A DNA stretch of 64,000 bases from an uncultured Muribaculaceae bacterium (GCA_964446855.1 CAYUQM010000001.1:8507-72506); one strand, 5' to 3'. Shown: positions 37,176 through 46,523, counted from the stretch's first letter. A program made the numbers and translations. The notes: generated from the letters alone by a model not told the origin.

Positions 37176-38471
37176 TTACATTTCAAATTCTTCTTTAGAC
37201 ATTTTTGTATATTCTTCTACGGTAACCGTATTTGGCGCTTGAGCCTTTTTCTCTAACCCTTTTTCAAGAAGTTTCGGAGCATCTTTTTTAAGCTTTTCAT
37301 CTGCAAGAATAAGGTCACGTTTTTTTGCAACTTTGATAAGGCTTATGACTGTTTCTGTCGGAGAACCGTCAGCCCCGACAGCTTCCTGAACATCGTAACT
37401 TGCCCAATCATCAGGAAGCTTATCTAATTTTGCGTAATCTTTATCAGTGCCGATACGTTTGTCGATTTCATTGAGTAGAATATTTTTAACATATTCCTTT
37501 TGAGATTCAAAATGACAAGGTATAACGATATCTTTGCCGATAATTTCTTCGGCATCACGGTTTTCGCGTTTTTCGAACAAATCTGCAGCAACTTTCAAGT
37601 GACCGATTTCAAAAGCTAAAAACTCTTCCCAAATTAGTTTTAATTTTTCGTCTTTTTCGTCTTGCATGCAAGTGTAGTAATTGCAGACTTCTGTAAACTC
37701 GTGGAGAAGAAGTTTTTCGTAAATGGTTTCAGTCGGGTCGATAAGAGATTCGTACATAGTAACGTGTTCTTCTTCAACGTCTTTAATTTCCGCGTAAGTT
37801 TCGCGTAAGCATTCATTACCGTAACAAAGTCCGTGCTCTGCGTAGTAGTTATGAGTTTGCTGCTCGCCTGAGACGAGGGTCAGGATATTAACTTTTGTCT
37901 GAATTGATGTTTTATTTTTGTCGTAAGGTTTGCGAAGTCTTAAAACATTGCAGTTATGGTGGTTCTGGGTGGGACGAGAAAGCATAATGTCAGTCTGCCC
38001 CTGAACGATTTCGTTAGGGTTAATGCCGTGCATCATATAAGCCCATTGGCTGTATCTGTATAAATGGTCAAAATCTTCCAATAAGCCGAAGTTAAATGTT
38101 TCGCGAACATAATCATCAGGTTCGTTTTGAGCAAGCCAAGCCGTCAGGTCGACTGCAACTTGTTCATATCCGAGAGTTGTTTCTAATACGGATTGGTCGG
38201 CAGGTGCAAGCCAGTTAACTGTAGTCTGTTGAGCATCTTCAAGCCGTCTTGTTTGAGCAAGAAATGCCAATAACTCTTCATCATCAGTCATTCGAGCCGC
38301 GTTGTGTTTAAAATTCCATCCTTCAATTTCAATCCCGTTCATAAGAATTTGACGGGTTCTGGAATAGCAATCCACTTCGTTTTTATTAAAATGTCTGTGT
38401 GCAATATCGTGCCAAGTGCGAAGCTGGTCATCAATGGCAATACCTTTTTCTTTTAACGCGTTAAAACTCAT
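37176..38471 (-). CDS. Hypothetical protein, possibly ferritin-like/di-iron helical fold
   Basis: ATG at 38471 has an AAAGGAG SD; the ORF opens at 38531. ExxH-type motifs present (VEEEHVTMYE, FEIGHLKV) with helical character. Family not recognised. Confidence 0.4.
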   Translation of the reverse strand: MSFNALKEKGIAIDDQLRTWHDIAHRHFNKNEVDCYSRTRQILMNGIEIEGWNFKHNAARMTDDEELLAFLAQTRRLEDAQQTTVNWLAPADQSVLETTLGYEQVAVDLTAWLAQNEPDDYVRETFNFGLLEDFDHLYRYSQWAYMMHGINPNEIVQGQTDIMLSRPTQNHHNCNVLRLRKPYDKNKTSIQTKVNILTLVSGEQQTHNYYAEHGLCYGNECLRETYAEIKDVEEEHVTMYESLIDPTETIYEKLLLHEFTEVCNYYTCMQDEKDEKLKLIWEEFLAFEIGHLKVAADLFEKRENRDAEEIIGKDIVIPCHFESQKEYVKNILLNEIDKRIGTDKDYAKLDKLPDDWASYDVQEAVGADGSPTETVISLIKVAKKRDLILADEKLKKDAPKLLEKGLEKKAQAPNTVTVEEYTKMSKEEFEM

Positions 38472-38568
38472 AAAATTAAACTCCTTTCGTTCTAAAATAT
38501 CCGATATTGGATAACGAAAAGAGTTTAACATTGAATATAATAAAATTTATCCGACTGGTGTACAGAAA

Positions 38569-39198
38569 TTATCTTTGGTTTTCAATCATATTTGTAGTAC
38601 CAATGTAATCTCTGGCAATAGTACCATTAACTCTCATTTTCCCATCAGCTCTTACTCCGAGAGGGAATCTATCAGGTTGTATACATCCTTCCTCGTTTTC
38701 CGTACAATTTGGGTCATTGTCTCCGTTTACGTCAAGCAATATATTATGATACGTAGCCTGATCCGCAAAATCAGTATATGGAATAATCCATTTTACACCA
38801 TCAGTTGTCGTAAAGCTCGGGTTATCATAATTTGCACCATCTACGCAATTTGGTTCTTCTGACAAGGTGTTCATTTTGAGGGCGAAGAGGCGGCATAACT
38901 TTGCTTTCTTCTCTTCATCGCCGGCACCACCATATACTGTCCCGTTAATAGTGACTGCACTAGTATTATCAAATCCAACTCTGGAATCAACGAACGGATA
39001 AGCTTCTTCATCATTTACAAGTTCTGAAATAATACGTTCAGCCAAATAATATGCCTTTTTAAACATAACTTTGTTCTTGTTAGGACGCAGTCTGTTAATC
39101 GCAGGCATAAGCAATGTTGCAATAATTGAAATTATTGCCAAGCAGACCATTAATTCTGCCAAAGTAAAAGCTTTATGATTTTTGCAAATATTTTTCAT
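38569..39198 (-). CDS. Prepilin-type N-terminal cleavage/methylation-domain protein (minor pilin/pseudopilin-like, 209 aa)
   Basis: KAFTLAELMVCLAIISIIATLL has Glu at +5 after the putative cleavage site, then the hydrophobic helix. LLDVNGDNDPN is a pseudopilin-like motif. Confidence 0.75.
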   Translation of the reverse strand: MKNICKNHKAFTLAELMVCLAIISIIATLLMPAINRLRPNKNKVMFKKAYYLAERIISELVNDEEAYPFVDSRVGFDNTSAVTINGTVYGGAGDEEKKAKLCRLFALKMNTLSEEPNCVDGANYDNPSFTTTDGVKWIIPYTDFADQATYHNILLDVNGDNDPNCTENEEGCIQPDRFPLGVRADGKMRVNGTIARDYIGTTNMIENQR

Positions 39199-39220
39199 TA
39201 TTAATCCTTTCAGTTACATT

Positions 39221-41866
39221 TTACCACATGATAACAATTGCGCCCGGATAACCGTTCTGTCCTTGAATTTCATCAAACTGTTGCAGGTAATTTGAGCCAC
39301 AGTGTGGTATATTCGCAATATCAGTATCTCTGAAATTCGTATAGCCTTCCCACTCATCAAATTCATCACCATCAGTGTTGTCAAAGTTTGCAACATCTTT
39401 ATAATAATAGTCGTATGTAGATGTACTCCCATATTCGGAATATCGAAAATATTGAGGTCTCAGCCAACAGTTATGTTTTACATATCCTGCATCCCCACCG
39501 CGACCTAACAGAGCTACAACATCGCCATCTTCAATCATAGACAAATCTGATAAGAAGGAAACAGATTGGAACTGAGAATCTTCTCCCAAATAGGTTCCGT
39601 CTTCATAGGCATCAGAATTTTTTACGATGTCTTCTGCACTGACTCCTGCCGAATTTTGAATATAATTATAAACTTGTTCGTTGGTTAAGTTAGGAGAGTG
39701 GTATGATTCAAGGAAGTGACTGCGACCACCGAGTCCACCGGCAACCTGAACTGTAGTGCCACAGTTTTCCTGATTTGCATCACAGCCGGTTCTTATTTGA
39801 GTTACCTCCCCATTGGCAGCAGTGCCTGCAGATCCCGGAGTTATATCCAGATTAGCTCCACCGCGTCCGGGCAGCAATACTAAATCTGAATTTCCGAATG
39901 AACGGGCAAACAGTGCTTTGTATCCGCCAGCTTTACCTCGTTCTCCGTGGCTGAGCCTGATGGTTCCTGTATAATGGCTCACCCTTAACCCAATTGTATT
40001 GTTCGTACTGCTAGTAGGGCATGTGTAGGCATTATACAGTCTGAACATAGACGCATAACCACCGGTATGAACAAATCCGACATTTTGGGTACAAGCATAG
40101 CCGTTTGAGTTCAAATTAGTAACCCAGTTACTTACAAAACTTTGAGAACCGCTTTCGCCGACAAGTCCACCGTTTGATTGTGCAGCATAAGGGCTCTTGC
40201 ATTGACTTGATAATGAACCTGTAAATGCCCTTGTTAAATGCTCGTCTAACATAGATGCAGTCATTGTAGCACCCAGTCCACCCTTACCAACAGCATAGGT
40301 TTCAGCTCCGGTAATCTTAGAATTAGAGGTTGTTTTAGTTTGACAAACATCAGGAGCTGTGCATATTCTGACACCATACTTATCCACATTTCCTGAATTA
40401 TCTAGAAAATATTGGTACGTACCATCCTGACCTGTTTTCGCTCGAAAAATACCAGGACTGACTTCTTCACAACCCGGAGTTAGCGGTTCTAACTCAACTT
40501 TTAAAGAGAGTGTAGGATATTGCTTGAAGAACAAAGCATCTGTATCTGTATAATTTAAAGAACTGCTAGCAGGGTAGTAGCTATAAAAATAATATTGTAT
40601 ATTGGAATAATTTGTCCCATTAAAATATTTACCTGAGCTAACAAATCCGTTGGCATCTTCAACAGGATCTTCAATGTCTATTCCTTCAATGTCTTTGCAA
40701 GCTCCTGATGCACACGCCTCTGCATAAGGATATAGTACCCCCGGTGCAGCTGTGGTTGCTACGACTTCTACTTTAGGTTTGACTATACATTCTGCCCCCT
40801 TACCGTTTTGACGGCTATTCCCATCAACAATCCAATTATCAAGTGGATTACCATCATCGTCATTCTTTGAACGTTCTGCGGTTTGATAATATACTCCATA
40901 GCCAAAATCAACAGCATCAGATGCAATATAGCCGCCGCTTCCGCCATTACCTCCAGAGCATTGGATAAGTTCACTTGTATTAGAAAGAACAGGCTGGTAG
41001 GTTCCAACAACATTACCGCTTGCATCAGTAAATGAACTCTTTATCCAAGGGCAATTTTTGTAAATAGGAGAACGTAACTGACAATATGGAGCAGCTGCTT
41101 CTGAGCCAAACACAAGCTGTTGCCCTGCTAAATTATTAAATTGTACAATATCACCATTATTCCTGTTATATCCTATAATTCTCTGGAGACAATCCATAGG
41201 GTCTTTTGAGTTTTTATCACTTGTATTCCCGTAAAAACACAAAGATTTGTACCAATGGAATGGTTCTGATGAGTTCGCTTTTTCGTAATCTGATTTGAAT
41301 AAATAATACAGTGTAAGGTTTCCGCCATTAGCCCCACTTCCAGCGGTATCGTAGGAAAACATTTTTACCTTATATGTATCCATAATCCACTTAAATGCTC
41401 TGGATGAAAATGTAGCATTATTTACTTGAATTTGGACATCAGCAGGTGTTAACCCCTTTTTGGGATTATCTTTCGTGTATTTAACTTTATCGCCAAATGG
41501 TATGGTCGCAGATGCAGTACTGCTGGAGTAGCTTTCGTTATAATCAAAATTAGCATTACCGCCGGCACCGCCACCGCCTATAAGCTGTACATACAGATAA
41601 GAGGCGGTCTTTGGAGCATTGAATGTACAGCGTTCAATATCGTTGTTATTTAATAGCAAGCTTTTGCCTGAATACATAATTTCATGCAACGCGCCGTCCT
41701 CCCAGTTACGGTAGCAAATGTATGTACCGTGCACGCTACGTCTAGGTTTTAATTTATGCTTTCTGGTAATAACAGAAGTCGAACTTGCAAAAATAAGTGA
41801 CAATACAACCAGCAATAACATTACTTCTATAAGCGTAAACGCTTTTTTTAATTTTATATTTTTCAT
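39221..41866 (-). CDS. Giant prepilin-signal protein with glycine-rich modules, C-terminus GYPGAIVIMW (881 aa)
   Basis: KAFTLIEVMLLLVVLSLIF, HGTYICY, CTFNAPKTASYLYVQLIGGGGAGGN. Multiple GG-x-GG motifs. AAGGAG SD present. Paralog of the two upstream genes. Confidence 0.7.
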   Translation of the reverse strand: MKNIKLKKAFTLIEVMLLLVVLSLIFASSTSVITRKHKLKPRRSVHGTYICYRNWEDGALHEIMYSGKSLLLNNNDIERCTFNAPKTASYLYVQLIGGGGAGGNANFDYNESYSSSTASATIPFGDKVKYTKDNPKKGLTPADVQIQVNNATFSSRAFKWIMDTYKVKMFSYDTAGSGANGGNLTLYYLFKSDYEKANSSEPFHWYKSLCFYGNTSDKNSKDPMDCLQRIIGYNRNNGDIVQFNNLAGQQLVFGSEAAAPYCQLRSPIYKNCPWIKSSFTDASGNVVGTYQPVLSNTSELIQCSGGNGGSGGYIASDAVDFGYGVYYQTAERSKNDDDGNPLDNWIVDGNSRQNGKGAECIVKPKVEVVATTAAPGVLYPYAEACASGACKDIEGIDIEDPVEDANGFVSSGKYFNGTNYSNIQYYFYSYYPASSSLNYTDTDALFFKQYPTLSLKVELEPLTPGCEEVSPGIFRAKTGQDGTYQYFLDNSGNVDKYGVRICTAPDVCQTKTTSNSKITGAETYAVGKGGLGATMTASMLDEHLTRAFTGSLSSQCKSPYAAQSNGGLVGESGSQSFVSNWVTNLNSNGYACTQNVGFVHTGGYASMFRLYNAYTCPTSSTNNTIGLRVSHYTGTIRLSHGERGKAGGYKALFARSFGNSDLVLLPGRGGANLDITPGSAGTAANGEVTQIRTGCDANQENCGTTVQVAGGLGGRSHFLESYHSPNLTNEQVYNYIQNSAGVSAEDIVKNSDAYEDGTYLGEDSQFQSVSFLSDLSMIEDGDVVALLGRGGDAGYVKHNCWLRPQYFRYSEYGSTSTYDYYYKDVANFDNTDGDEFDEWEGYTNFRDTDIANIPHCGSNYLQQFDEIQGQNGYPGAIVIMW

Positions 41867-41885
41867 TTATATCCGTACTCCTTAA

Positions 41886-42896
41886 TTACCAAGCAATAAC
41901 AACAGCTCCCGGTCCACCGCTTTGCCCTCGGGCACCACCTTCACCCGGTTTAGGGTTTGTTACTGTAGCAACCCCATCAGTTAAATCCAATGCATTTAAA
42001 TAAACCTCAAAGTCAGAAGGTTGGGTTCCAGTCGTAAAATTACCATCTTTCCTTAAAAATAAGTTGTAAAGAACTGTCTTTCCGCCAAGATATGCTACAG
42101 TTTTACTTGTATCAATCTGTGTGCAAAACTTTATCGGACTAGCGTTTTCATTACCTGTACAATAGAAATTCGAAGAAGAACTTGATGTTGTCAAGTTACT
42201 GTAAGTGTATTCCTTAATAGCTTCACAACTTGCATCTTCATTGTCACAACTGCAATATCCGACCCTTATTTTATTTTCAGATTCCAATATGTTGCAAAAG
42301 GCTTCTCTACGACAATTATATTCCTTGTAGCTAACCTCGCAAGAACTATATGATAATGAACTGCCTGAGTTAGATCTGCCTCCTTTTAGTCTCATTACCT
42401 CTCTGTTGTTGGAATCATCGTCAGTTATGTAGGTATCATCTCCTCTGGGTCTTATGTTGGAATAATTGTAAGTGGTCTTTTTCCCCGGATATATGCTAAG
42501 TTTGTGGGTTGTGGTTGTCAAAAAGATACTGGTATATGCTCCGGCAGAACCGCCATAACTGGACGAATAACCTGATCGTCCTCCGGAACCGCCTGCAGCT
42601 ACAGCATTTATTGCAAGATATGCTGCGGCTTTAACCGGTTCGAATGTACAATGACCTGTAGAAACATTAGTATCTTGAACAACAACGTTTTCAGAGATTA
42701 ATCGTTGGTGAAGAACGTCGTTATTATCATAATAACATTCAAATCTGCCGTGTGCAGGGATCGCAATTTTTTTCTTGAATTTCTGAGTGAAAACATTGGA
42801 AGCTGCGGCTATGAATATTGAAATAATAGCCATAGTAACAACAACTTCGAACATTGAAAATCCGTACTTATTTTTTGTTTTCCAATCAAATAACAT
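41886..42896 (-). CDS. Prepilin-signal glycine-rich protein, minimal paralog, C-terminus GGPGAVVIAW (336 aa)
   Basis: YGFSMFEVVVTMAIISIFIAAA, HGRFECY, CTFEPVKAAAYLAINAVAAGGSGG. The ATG at 42896 has an AAGGA SD; the ORF-track start at 42914 would overlap the upstream stop. Confidence 0.7.
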   Translation of the reverse strand: MLFDWKTKNKYGFSMFEVVVTMAIISIFIAAASNVFTQKFKKKIAIPAHGRFECYYDNNDVLHQRLISENVVVQDTNVSTGHCTFEPVKAAAYLAINAVAAGGSGGRSGYSSSYGGSAGAYTSIFLTTTTHKLSIYPGKKTTYNYSNIRPRGDDTYITDDDSNNREVMRLKGGRSNSGSSLSYSSCEVSYKEYNCRREAFCNILESENKIRVGYCSCDNEDASCEAIKEYTYSNLTTSSSSSNFYCTGNENASPIKFCTQIDTSKTVAYLGGKTVLYNLFLRKDGNFTTGTQPSDFEVYLNALDLTDGVATVTNPKPGEGGARGQSGGPGAVVIAW

Positions 42897-42907
42897 ATTC
42901 AATTCCT

Positions 42908-45325
42908 TTACCATACAATTACAACAGCACCCGGATAGCCTTTGGTAGGCTTACATATATTATTAGGAGAGTCAGAGTAATGGACAACGGCACCCGTCGG
43001 GTTGTCAAAGGCATCACCCTTTTTGTAACAAGTATAATCACTCATTACCGTATTAGTAGCATCCGCAGGATATTCCCGCTCCCAGCCGTTATCGTATCCT
43101 GTCGTAATAACGGCGTAATTGTCGTCATAATATATAGCTTCTAATTTCTCAATACCGGCTGTACTTCGTATAAACGAGTAACCGCCATCTCCTGCTGTTC
43201 CCGGCATAACCGTTCCCAGTTCACCCTCAGCACCATAAAGATAATTAATAGCTGATGGTGTTCTTGTGTTAGGGTCCAACTCAAGAATAGTATAGAATTG
43301 TGAATCATCAGCAAAGCGTCTAGGGTCATCTGTCGATACGTCCTTATCTAAACAGCCGTGAATTCTAAGTGCCTCTCCGGTTGTCAGTTGAGGGGTGCAC
43401 ACACCTGTTATTGCTACTGCAGGATGACCATCCGGAGATGTAGTTGCATCCATTGCAGCTTGACCTTTGAATGTACCCTCACCAAACATTACTATTTTTA
43501 TTCCTGTAGCACCGTCTGCTGATCCTACCCCCCCAGGAGCTTGTAGAATTACAGTTCCTGCAGACGATACCGTTGTCGTACCACCCGAACTGCCGGCTCT
43601 GTCGATACGACTTTGCCCAGGATTTCCGCCTAAACCTATATCAAAAGTCAAATCATCCTTAAGTTTTGGTAAAAACATTGAAACACTTGTACCCGGAGTT
43701 CCGGCAAAGCCGACAGTAGGAGTATCATAACCGTAAGTTCTCTTATATTCAATCTTGCGAGGGAATGTCGGATATTGTATCTGTGCTTCAATCTCATCGT
43801 TCCATCCATCAGCAGTCCAAGAGCCGGTTGTTCCACCGTTGCAATCTATATAACCTTTATCACCTTTATAAGCATCTTCATTTTGTATAACCACATTTTC
43901 AAGCTCTGTAGTGCCTTCATGTCCGTTATATCCAGGGTTTATACGACAGTTTGCGGTAGAATCTTGAATTTTTACATAGTTACTTGCAAACCACTGACCG
44001 CATCTTGCAGTATTCCCACCAACGGTGTAAAGCGTTCGTAGAATAGGATTCCCACTGGCATCAGTTAAATGCCCTTCGTATGTTCGTGGATTTTGCCAGC
44101 TTTCAAATTCTGCGTTCTCGGGAGAGGCAAATTCCCATGATAATTTGATAACATTACACCCGCTATTAATTCCAGCTATAGTTTTATAAGTAGGGTAGAC
44201 ATTTGTTTTTGCCTTGTACATACTACAATTAGTAATGCTGGATCTATAGTCATACTTATAATTTGCGTCATTAACAAAAAAGAACCCTTTTCCCATTGTG
44301 GAGCCGTTATTGTCTGTATAGGACGGATATGCATAGGTCACGGAGCTACTATAGGTTTTTTCCCCAGATTCTCTATCTGAGTATTCAACCCTATAGTTGT
44401 TTGAGGCAGTCAACGTTACATCACTTCCCGGACGTTTGTAGCAGGCGCCCTCTCCGCCTTTCCCTCCGTAGAAAAAGTCATACGATTCCTCTCCGCCTTC
44501 GGCAGCTACTAAGTTGTTTGCCAAGGGTGCACCTGTATATCCTTTGCCGGAGCAAAATCTCATTGTATCTCTACCTTGAACCGGTATAAAATAGCTGCTT
44601 ATCCAATTGGTTTCAGGTTTACTTGCCCAGTAATTAATTGAATTTTTATAATTTATACATTTTTCGTATAGTCTATCAGTAGTTTTATAACCACCTGTTG
44701 TATATGATGCACAAGGACGTGTGCCTCCTGCTATGGTATAATCCGCACCGCTGCCATCACGCATTTCTCCATTAGCCATGTAATGGTAGTCATAGTAGTT
44801 GTTCGTTATTGTTGGGGCATCTGTCTGTTGATAACCCAATTTGCAAGAACCCCATTGATCCGGACTAGAACAGTTGCATTCTGCATTTCGATAAATAGTA
44901 GCAGTTTCAGTATAACTGTCGTTTTTGTAATTGGTGCTTGTCGGATCGTATGGCGGATACGCACCGCCGGCACCGCCGCCTATAGCTTGGAATGAGAAAT
45001 ATGCCGCATTAGGCGCCTGATCATGCGGGCTGAATCTACACTGAGCAACCTCTTCTCCTACCGGATTGCCGGCGGCATCCAAATATCTGGGGTCGGCACC
45101 GTTTCTTTCTGTTGCGTAAAACTCTTTCAACGCACCGGTATCAGGATCTCTCCAGCATTCATAACGACCATGCTCACCGCGAGTGATACGTTTTTCAACT
45201 TTCTTATGTACGATTGGAGGTAGTGCTAAAACTAAAAAAGAAAGAATTAATAATACCAGAAGCATTTCTGCAACTGAAAAACCATCCTTTATATCCTTAA
45301 ATTTGTCTTTTATCCTCTTTTGCAT
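42908..45325 (-). CDS. Giant prepilin-signal protein with glycine-rich modules, C-terminus GYPGAVVIVW (805 aa)
   Basis: DGFSVAEMLLVLLILSFLVLAL, HGRYECW, CRFSPHDQAPNAAYFSFQAIGGGAGGA. First gene of the minus-strand operon. Confidence 0.7.
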   Translation of the reverse strand: MQKRIKDKFKDIKDGFSVAEMLLVLLILSFLVLALPPIVHKKVEKRITRGEHGRYECWRDPDTGALKEFYATERNGADPRYLDAAGNPVGEEVAQCRFSPHDQAPNAAYFSFQAIGGGAGGAYPPYDPTSTNYKNDSYTETATIYRNAECNCSSPDQWGSCKLGYQQTDAPTITNNYYDYHYMANGEMRDGSGADYTIAGGTRPCASYTTGGYKTTDRLYEKCINYKNSINYWASKPETNWISSYFIPVQGRDTMRFCSGKGYTGAPLANNLVAAEGGEESYDFFYGGKGGEGACYKRPGSDVTLTASNNYRVEYSDRESGEKTYSSSVTYAYPSYTDNNGSTMGKGFFFVNDANYKYDYRSSITNCSMYKAKTNVYPTYKTIAGINSGCNVIKLSWEFASPENAEFESWQNPRTYEGHLTDASGNPILRTLYTVGGNTARCGQWFASNYVKIQDSTANCRINPGYNGHEGTTELENVVIQNEDAYKGDKGYIDCNGGTTGSWTADGWNDEIEAQIQYPTFPRKIEYKRTYGYDTPTVGFAGTPGTSVSMFLPKLKDDLTFDIGLGGNPGQSRIDRAGSSGGTTTVSSAGTVILQAPGGVGSADGATGIKIVMFGEGTFKGQAAMDATTSPDGHPAVAITGVCTPQLTTGEALRIHGCLDKDVSTDDPRRFADDSQFYTILELDPNTRTPSAINYLYGAEGELGTVMPGTAGDGGYSFIRSTAGIEKLEAIYYDDNYAVITTGYDNGWEREYPADATNTVMSDYTCYKKGDAFDNPTGAVVHYSDSPNNICKPTKGYPGAVVIVW

Positions 45326-45374
45326 AACTATAAATCTCCAACTCGTGTCAAAATAACAACAATTACATAAGTAT

Positions 45375-45409
45375 ATTATACCATGTTTCCTTGTATATGT
45401 AACAACTTT
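45375..45409 (-). promoter_or_regulatory. Candidate extended -10 promoter for the minus-strand pilin-like operon
   Basis: On the minus strand: TTGTTA(CA)...TGgTATAAT. The TATAAT is the reverse complement of 45375-45380. Confidence 0.35.
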
Positions 45410-45460
45410 GTTACAAAAAGTTATAAAAAATAAATTCTCTTAATCTTCCAGATGTCAAAC

Positions 45461-45489
45461 TTGACCCCTATTGACTGATATGTTATAAT
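45461..45489 (+). promoter_or_regulatory. Sigma-70 promoter with extended -10 for the plus-strand pilin-like gene
   Basis: TTGACC (45461-66), 17-nt spacer ending in TGt, TATAAT (45484-89). Confidence 0.55.
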
Positions 45490-45530
45490 TATATACATAA
45501 TCTATTTTGATATGAGAGGTGGGGTTCAGG

Positions 45531-46523
45531 ATGTTTAATTTTTTTGAAAAGATAAAAAGAAAATCTGCTATCACTTTGGGTGAGTTGTTGGTTGTTTTCG
45601 TTATTATGGGCGTAATTGCCGGTATGACAATGGTTACGGTTAAACCTAACGAAAAATCTTTGAAGTATATGTATTATAGAATTTATAATACCCTTGGTAC
45701 TGCTTTCTACAACTCGTCTATAAACATTGATCCTGCGTTAAGAAATCACCCTGCTATGGATAGGCAATTCCCTAGAACAGCAGAATTGTTCTGCAAGCTT
45801 TTGCTTGAATACATGAACTCTAAAGAACCTAATACTACTTGTAGCAATGACAAGACTATTGATATTGATAATCCTGAATTTACCAATGAAAATGTTCAAT
45901 TTATTACAAGTAATGGTACGAAAATCTGGATTGGACATAGTGCAGGAGCAGCAAAAGGTGGTTTTTCAACTCTGACAGCAACAGATAATACCAATTCTGA
46001 GTTTACACTAAGGTATTATTTCGTTTTCGCTGATCTTAATGGTGAAATGGGGCCAAACTCACATCTTTCAAACGGAAGAGGAATGGCAGACATTGTTGCT
46101 TTTGTCGTAACAGAGGATTATGATGTTGTGCCGTTGGGTATTCCGGAAGTCGATACCAGATACTTTACAGCCAGAGTTGCATACTCTGTTGTAGCAGGGC
46201 TTGATGCAGAAGATGTTACAACTTCTATGCCAATGCCTTATTTGGCAGCAAAAAGACATGCTTGGGGAATGCCTAATAAAGGGTTTTATGTTTCTGCGAA
46301 CGAACCTATGTCTATGAATTTTTACGACGGGGTGAATATTACCCAAGCCAGTCCGTTTTGGCTTGATTATAATGATGCCCAGTATGACAGTATAATGTCT
46401 GCAACCGTAAACCAAAATTGCGGATTTAATGAACATCCGATTGACCCTAGCGTGGAAGATTCCCCTACCGTATATGATGTTGAACCGGATGCTTGTTATA
46501 TAACTGTTAAAGATTATTACTAA
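45531..46523 (+). CDS. Prepilin-type N-terminal domain protein (pilin/pseudopilin-like, 330 aa)
   Basis: KSAITLGELLVVFVIMGVIAGMTMV (Glu at +5) and FADLNGEMGPN. The ATG at 45531 has a GAGGTG SD; the ORF track starts at a GTG at 45519. Confidence 0.7.
   Translation: MFNFFEKIKRKSAITLGELLVVFVIMGVIAGMTMVTVKPNEKSLKYMYYRIYNTLGTAFYNSSINIDPALRNHPAMDRQFPRTAELFCKLLLEYMNSKEPNTTCSNDKTIDIDNPEFTNENVQFITSNGTKIWIGHSAGAAKGGFSTLTATDNTNSEFTLRYYFVFADLNGEMGPNSHLSNGRGMADIVAFVVTEDYDVVPLGIPEVDTRYFTARVAYSVVAGLDAEDVTTSMPMPYLAAKRHAWGMPNKGFYVSANEPMSMNFYDGVNITQASPFWLDYNDAQYDSIMSATVNQNCGFNEHPIDPSVEDSPTVYDVEPDACYITVKDYY

Noticed and set aside
43467-44589. Plus-strand ORFs of 87-97 aa (43467-43730, 43775-44041, 44296-44589, and others) inside the giant minus-strand pilin-like genes
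   Set aside because: - They are antisense shadows of long, well-supported ORFs.
- Their compositions are Pro/Ser/Arg-rich, as expected from reading Gly/Thr/Ala-rich codons backwards.
- They have no SD sequences.
38569-46523. Is the pilin-like cluster a horizontally acquired island?
   Set aside because: - There is no flanking tRNA, integrase, direct repeat or IS.
- The locally higher GC is explained by Gly/Ala/Pro-rich coding.
- Flanking genes (uvrB, EamA) give no boundary signal.
- This cannot be judged without compositional statistics and comparative genomes.
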